A DNA stretch of 64,000 bases from Candidatus Marinacidobacterales bacterium (GTDB lineage: Bacteria > Acidobacteriota > Vicinamibacteria > Marinacidobacterales > DATDRI01), in assembly GCA_965226495.1 (NCBI GenBank), contig OZ245365.1:3552001-3616000 (forward strand), given 5' to 3'. A program made the translations under genes and the position numbers. Positions 59,057 through 64,000 of this stretch are shown here, in pieces; position 1 is the stretch's first letter, and every line of letters starts with the position of its first letter. The notes under the pieces are model-generated. The model made no database searches. It was given only the letters and a program-made list of their open reading frames with translations, and was not told the origin of the DNA.

Positions 59057-59554
59057 CTATTTTGTCTCCTCCGTGCCATCTCTTGCATTGGCTTGGACAA
59101 GGGCCTGCAGTTTGTGGCGAACGCGAGCGTTCACGGCCTTGCCGTCCACGATCTTTCCCGTAGCCTGGAGGCGGGCCATCGTTCCTTTCATGACCGCTCC
59201 CATGTCCTTCGGTCCCTGAGCCTCGAGTTCCTCGATGACTCCCGCCACAGCCGTTTCTATCTCACCTGCTGAAACGGGCTCTGGCAAGTAGGACTCGATC
59301 CACACCTTCTCCTGCCGCTCTTTTTCGGCAAGATCGGCTCGGCCACCTTTTTCGAATTGCTCGATAGCCTCCGCGCGTTGCTTGAGTTGAGTCTTGAGCA
59401 CCAGGATGGCATCTTCTTCAGAAAGAGCGGACCTTTTTTCGATTTCCTTATTCTTGAGGGCGGCCTTCATCATGCGGAGAACCGACAGCCGAGCTGGCTC
59501 CTTGGCCTTCATGGCCTGAACCATATCCTTTTGGATTTGCTCGACTAGATCCAT
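59057..59554 (-). CDS. GatB/YqeY domain protein
   Basis: AMKAK...LRM, KQR.E.I..F..GGR.DL, YLP, KDMG.VM. Confidence 0.9.
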   Translation of the reverse strand: MDLVEQIQKDMVQAMKAKEPARLSVLRMMKAALKNKEIEKRSALSEEDAILVLKTQLKQRAEAIEQFEKGGRADLAEKERQEKVWIESYLPEPVSAGEIETAVAGVIEELEAQGPKDMGAVMKGTMARLQATGKIVDGKAVNARVRHKLQALVQANARDGTEETK

Positions 59555-59683
59555 GGAGCACGAAACCTCTTGTTATTGTTGCGGGCTTCTTAGACATTAC
59601 CACAGATGTGAATGCCTCGGCACATTATGGGCGCGGGCCGTTTATAATGTGCGCCACGCTGTAGGCATCCTCAGGAGGTCACG

Positions 59684-61123
59684 ATGAAACAATGTTCCGT
59701 CGTCATGGCTCTTACGGTGGCGCTCGCCACCTTTGGGCTACCAAGCGGAGCTCGGTCCGCTCCCGTCCAAGCCAAGGAGCTCGATTCCCCTCGTTCCGCT
59801 TGGCTGAGAACCACCGGCCCCCTCCGCGAGACGGTCGAAGGCCACGTCGGGGAATACAAGGCTTTCATGAACCTGGCCAAGACCGAGCTGAGTTTCGTCT
59901 CCGAGGCGATCAAGATCGCGCGACAAGCCGGCTATCGGGAGCTACGAGAGGACTCCGATCTCGTTCCCGGCGCGCGTCTCTACGATGTGAATCGTGACCG
60001 GACTCTCGCACTGATCGTCGTCGGGCAGGAGGATATGCGTAACGGATTTAGAATCGTGGGTGCGCATATCGACTCCCCGCGGATCGAGGTAAAACCACGT
60101 GCCCTCTATGCGGCCGAGGAGTTCGCGCTCTTTCAAACCAACTACCACGGTGGCATCAAGACATACCAGTGGACCAACATCCCATTGGCGCTCATGGGCA
60201 GAGTCGACAAGAAAGACGGCACGACGGTTCAGATCTCGTTGGGAAACGAGCCGGGAGAACCGATCTTCATCATCCCTGATCTCTCACCCCACGTCGACCG
60301 AGATCTGCGGGAGCGTAAGAACCGTGACGTGATCGCTCACGAGGAACTGGATCCATTGGTGGGTCACGTACCCAAAGAAGGCGAAGACCTGAAAGCGGTG
60401 ATCAGCTCATTTCTCAAATCGACCTACGACATTGACGAAGATGACTTCGTCTCAGCAGAACTGGCATTGGTTCCGGCGTACCCGGCCCGCGATGTCGGCT
60501 TCGACAGAGGCTTGATGGCGATTTACGGCCAAGACGATCGTCTATCAGCCTATGCGGCGCTCCGCGCCATCATAGACACCGACGCCCCTCGCTTTACAGG
60601 AATCGCCTTCCTCGTCGACAAAGAGGAGACCGGGAGCTTCAACAACACCGGCGCCAGGTCAACCTACCTCGTGGATCTCATGAGCCGCCTCATGGCGACG
60701 AAGATGGCCGACGCATATCGGGAACGTTGGCTTCGCCAGTCGCTGCGAGCCACCAAGGCGATCTCGTCGGACGTGAATCCTGGGATCAACCCCCTTTGGC
60801 CTTCGGTTTGGGAGCCAACCAATGCTCCGCGGCTCGGCTACGGCGTCAACCTCAAGCTGTACGGTAGAGGGTTCAACGCGAACTCGGAATACATTGCCTG
60901 GATGAGAGACCTGCTCGATGGCGGACAGATCCCTTGGCAGACGGCTACTTACAAGGTCGGACGGGCCGGTGGGGGGACGATCGGCGTATTCCTTTCGGAC
61001 GATAACATGGAGGTCATCGACCTCGGCGTCCCGGTGCTATCGATTCACACGCCATACTCCATCAGCTCCAAAATAGATGTTTACTACCTCTACCGTGCAA
61101 TGCTGGCTTTCTTCTCCAAGTGA
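59684..61123 (+). CDS. M18-family aminopeptidase with N-terminal signal-like peptide
   Basis: KTE, GAHIDSPR, YHGGIK.YQW, YGQDDR, DKEE.GS, GGGTIG, D.G.P.LS.H.P. Confidence 0.88.
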   Translation: MKQCSVVMALTVALATFGLPSGARSAPVQAKELDSPRSAWLRTTGPLRETVEGHVGEYKAFMNLAKTELSFVSEAIKIARQAGYRELREDSDLVPGARLYDVNRDRTLALIVVGQEDMRNGFRIVGAHIDSPRIEVKPRALYAAEEFALFQTNYHGGIKTYQWTNIPLALMGRVDKKDGTTVQISLGNEPGEPIFIIPDLSPHVDRDLRERKNRDVIAHEELDPLVGHVPKEGEDLKAVISSFLKSTYDIDEDDFVSAELALVPAYPARDVGFDRGLMAIYGQDDRLSAYAALRAIIDTDAPRFTGIAFLVDKEETGSFNNTGARSTYLVDLMSRLMATKMADAYRERWLRQSLRATKAISSDVNPGINPLWPSVWEPTNAPRLGYGVNLKLYGRGFNANSEYIAWMRDLLDGGQIPWQTATYKVGRAGGGTIGVFLSDDNMEVIDLGVPVLSIHTPYSISSKIDVYYLYRAMLAFFSK

Positions 61124-61237
61124 GGCAAGCGGCTCGGAGCTAGCGCGAAGGCGCGTGTTGGCCGCCAAAATAGGTTGTTGCCAATCCGGAGCTAGCCAGG
61201 CGGCGGGGTGGAGTCCCCGCGAGCACTGGCAGATACT

Positions 61238-62503
61238 CTACTCGGAGTCCGAGTCGCTTGCGTTCGAGTCGATGGAATCCGAGACGCCGGAATCGGTCGA
61301 CACCGCGGACGACTGCGCCAGACCTATCAGGCGACCGATCCCCTTCGATAATTTGTCCAACTCCGGGTAATCCTTTCGGTAGAGAAGGGGTGGCTTCTCA
61401 CCCCGCCCAAAAGCCTTCACATCTCGAGCGAGCTCAGACACTGGTCTTACGGTCAGGTGCCTCGCCAGAACCACAGCGGTATAAGCCCACCCCACAATAA
61501 GTGGCAAGCCAGCAAGAACTGCGACCAGCGCAGAGTTGGTTCTCAGGGCGATGATCGCCAGAATGGACGTCACGATCAATCCAACGCCGGAAAGAACTAG
61601 GATGAATTTCGTCTCCCAGCTGAGCAAAGCATACTGCTCCGCTGCTCGAGACATGAATGCCTCCGCGGCACGGCGGGAATTCGCCAATTGGGCCAGTCGG
61701 CCCCTGACGGAACTGGCGAACGGCTCCGGCTCGGGAACCAACAGCGGTGCCTCCGCGACCGGAGCCAAGGTAGCTGCTTCTCCCGCGAAGTATCGAGTTT
61801 CGTCTACTTCACCCTCACCCGCGGGTGACTTTCCACTACCACTCAACACGACGGTGGCGGAGCTTTCCTCCGATTCGGCCAACTCAGTAGGCCCCTTGGC
61901 CAGAACGACCGTCCCCGAGCTTTCCTCTGACTCGGCAAAATCAGTAGGCTTGGCAAGGTCCTTGGCCAACACAACAGTCTGGGAGCCGTCATTGACGTCG
62001 GGCGAACCTGGCGAGTCTGGGGCTAGCATGACGGTCTGGTCCGCCGTGGGTTCGCCTTCAGCCAGAACCACGGTCGCATCGTCGTGACTCACGCTGGCTT
62101 CACCTTGGGCCGGCTCACCGGTTCCGGGCGCGACGGTCTTGTCTGTTTGGTGAGCCGGCAAGATGATGGTTGGATCTTCACTCTCCAAGGTTTCCGGCTC
62201 GAGATCCGCCGGTGAGCCGTCTTCTTGGAACGCGATCTCGAGGCCACCCAACCGGATGGCGTCACCGGCTCGGAGCAAACGCTCGTCGACCTTCTCCTCG
62301 TTCACCCACATCCCGTTGCGACTTCCCAAGTCGACGAGCCTTACGCCATCCGGGCCAGGCTCGATGCGGGCGTGCCGGCGGGAGAGCTTCTGGTTCACGA
62401 AGAACAGATCACAGTTGGGGTCGCGGCCGATGACGATCGCCGAATCGCCGATCTCGTGACTCGTCGTCCAGTCACCGTTGGTGATGATAATTCGTTTTCC
62501 CAC
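61238..62503 (-). CDS. Membrane-anchored FHA protein with acidic Thr-motif linker and HAMP-like tail
   Basis: GGAG + GTG 62503; IGRD, LSRRHA, DLGSRNG; two TMs; RPVSELA...EL..L. Confidence 0.82.
   Translation of the reverse strand: MGKRIIITNGDWTTSHEIGDSAIVIGRDPNCDLFFVNQKLSRRHARIEPGPDGVRLVDLGSRNGMWVNEEKVDERLLRAGDAIRLGGLEIAFQEDGSPADLEPETLESEDPTIILPAHQTDKTVAPGTGEPAQGEASVSHDDATVVLAEGEPTADQTVMLAPDSPGSPDVNDGSQTVVLAKDLAKPTDFAESEESSGTVVLAKGPTELAESEESSATVVLSGSGKSPAGEGEVDETRYFAGEAATLAPVAEAPLLVPEPEPFASSVRGRLAQLANSRRAAEAFMSRAAEQYALLSWETKFILVLSGVGLIVTSILAIIALRTNSALVAVLAGLPLIVGWAYTAVVLARHLTVRPVSELARDVKAFGRGEKPPLLYRKDYPELDKLSKGIGRLIGLAQSSAVSTDSGVSDSIDSNASDSDSE
61860..61949 (-). repeat. 57-bp-period internal repeat in the FHA protein linker
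   Basis: GAGCTTTCCTC.GA.TCGGC.AA.TCAGTAGGC at 61860 and 61917, encoding PT(D/E).AESEESS.TVVL. Confidence 0.75.
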
Positions 62504-62695
62504 ACCGAGATCTCCGGCTGCCCGGACCGCCGAAGCAAGCTCGCGGTACGGTACTCGATTGAGGCACGGTGGATCTAAACCGAAGCGAGGCACGAAATCA
62601 ACCGACGCCTGGCGGGTCCTCTCGTGGCAACCACCTATTTGGGCGTCCAGCACGGTGGGAAGTAACGCCTGGCAAGGGGGCGCCAGGCTAAGCCG

Positions 62696-64000
62696 TCACT
62701 GGCCGAGTTCGCGGAGTTTCCACTCCGCCAGCGGCGTCACCCGCGGGCCGTCGTTCGATTGGACGGTCGCCTCGGGAAATTGAAGCGCCTCTCGGAACAT
62801 ACGGGCAGCCTCGGCTTTCTCCTCGAGCCGCTGATAGCAAACCCCGGTATAATAGTAGACCGTCCCCTGTGATATCCCCGGCTCGGCAGGGAGCGTTATC
62901 CGAGGCAGGTGCTCCTTGAGGGCCGTTTCGTAGTTTCCCAGCGCCATGTGACAAAGCGCCAGATTGAGGCGCGCCAGTGGCTCGCTCGACGGCTCCACAA
63001 CCAGCCGATGCCTGAGATCGATGATCGCCTTGTTGTAGAGGAACCCAGCTCGTTTCATAGGAATCTCCAACGGCGTCGTGCCCACGGAGATTTGCGCATC
63101 CCGAGAAGCCCCCTGCCTCTGGAATCTTATCGACAAGGTGTCACCCGGCTCTTTCGCCGCGACTTTCTGCAATAGTGTCAGCGTATCCTCGATCGGGTCG
63201 CCGTCGACATCCACGATCATATCCCCGAGTTCGACACCAGCTTGAGCGGCCGGTCCGTTGGAACCAACCTTGAGTACGGTGGGCCCGCCGCTGAGGAGAG
63301 TGTCTACGCTTTGAAGACCGATCCAGCTACCGTGGATTGGAGTCGAGCCGGACAGCAACTCCACGAAAGCGGGCATCGCTGCACGATCGAGATAGTTGAG
63401 AGCATAGGTATCCGGCGCGGTGGACCCCGTGGCCAGCAGGTTGAAGACGACGTCCTTCGTTAACTTTTGTGCTGGGACGTAACCAACCAACAAGGCTTCT
63501 ACTTCGAGCGACTCGCCGACCTTGTCCGACAGATCGCGAACCCGCTCCGGGTCTGCCTGTGAATGATCCCCGGCGACCTCTTTGGACACGAACGTCATGA
63601 GCCCGTCCCGCCCCAGGAGGTCCATCGCCTGTTCAGTCGACACCTGTATGAGATTCATCGCCGTGAGCTTCTGAAGCTCTACTGTTACATTCTTCCGAAC
63701 GTCGTCCAGATCTCGGTCCGAAACTCCGGGTTCGGCGACTATGCCGAAAAAGGCGAGGCTCGGGCGAATCGGGCATTCCAGTGACAAGTCCTCGTCCTTG
63801 CTCAGGTCGATGTCTTCGACGTACTTACCGGTCGGGTGCTTGACCTCTACGCGATGAGGACCGGAACAGACCCGGCTGAGGTCGAGGGGCGTGTTGCCCT
63901 TGTACTCTCCATCGATGAATACGCGCGCGCCGTCCGGGTTGCTGGTCAGCCTCAACTGCCCAATCGAATCCTCCAGCCGGATGATCTGAGCCGTATAGTC
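62696..64000 (-). CDS. PEGA + PDZ + TPR domain protein (5' end outside window)
   Basis: SNPDGARVFIDG...G.TP (PEGA), GPAAQAG...GD.I..VDG (PDZ), C-terminal TPR helices. Confidence 0.82.
   Translation of the reverse strand, partial: DYTAQIIRLEDSIGQLRLTSNPDGARVFIDGEYKGNTPLDLSRVCSGPHRVEVKHPTGKYVEDIDLSKDEDLSLECPIRPSLAFFGIVAEPGVSDRDLDDVRKNVTVELQKLTAMNLIQVSTEQAMDLLGRDGLMTFVSKEVAGDHSQADPERVRDLSDKVGESLEVEALLVGYVPAQKLTKDVVFNLLATGSTAPDTYALNYLDRAAMPAFVELLSGSTPIHGSWIGLQSVDTLLSGGPTVLKVGSNGPAAQAGVELGDMIVDVDGDPIEDTLTLLQKVAAKEPGDTLSIRFQRQGASRDAQISVGTTPLEIPMKRAGFLYNKAIIDLRHRLVVEPSSEPLARLNLALCHMALGNYETALKEHLPRITLPAEPGISQGTVYYYTGVCYQRLEEKAEAARMFREALQFPEATVQSNDGPRVTPLAEWKLRELGQ

Noticed and set aside
1-64000. CRISPR array, rRNA, prophage structural genes, integrase
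   Set aside because: No regularly spaced repeats, rRNA-like stretch or recognisable phage/integrase proteins seen by eye.

Overview
GC-rich bacterial chromosome segment. Gene content (many PQQ-like propellers, FHA proteins, GlnRS, TPR-secretin) is compatible with an Acidobacteriota-like diderm, but this is inference only. From left to right: (1) end of an M1 aminopeptidase operon, a sodium:solute symporter pair, and an mltB gene cleanly split by a complete 1400-bp IS256 element (26-bp IRs, 8-bp target duplication). (2) An ~18-kb cluster with five exported PQQ-like beta-propellers, an Fe-alcohol dehydrogenase, a MacB/LolCDE-like ABC system, a GT4 glycosyltransferase, and a short EhpF/LuxE-like adenylating enzyme paired with an ALDH-fold protein lacking the hydrolytic Glu. 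This is my best candidate for an undescribed pathway (carboxylate reduction, glycosylation, export). (3) A RAYT-like HUH transposase, a frameshifted TonB receptor, and tail-to-tail glnS/gltX. (4) Tandem QueG/RdhA-like Fe-S paralogues plus a small HTH protein, a second candidate novel system. (5) An ArsR/SRPBCC locus with a clear operator. (6) A decaying island next to tRNA-Ala(CGC), carrying AbiE remnants and IMPase + IPCT/DIPPS (di-myo-inositol-phosphate-type) genes. (7) lolA-secretin-tlpA, signalling genes, mpl-ldcA, YqeY, an M18 peptidase and FHA/PEGA proteins. At least six genes are frameshifted and some breaks may be assembly errors. All assignments come from motif reading; no database searches were run.
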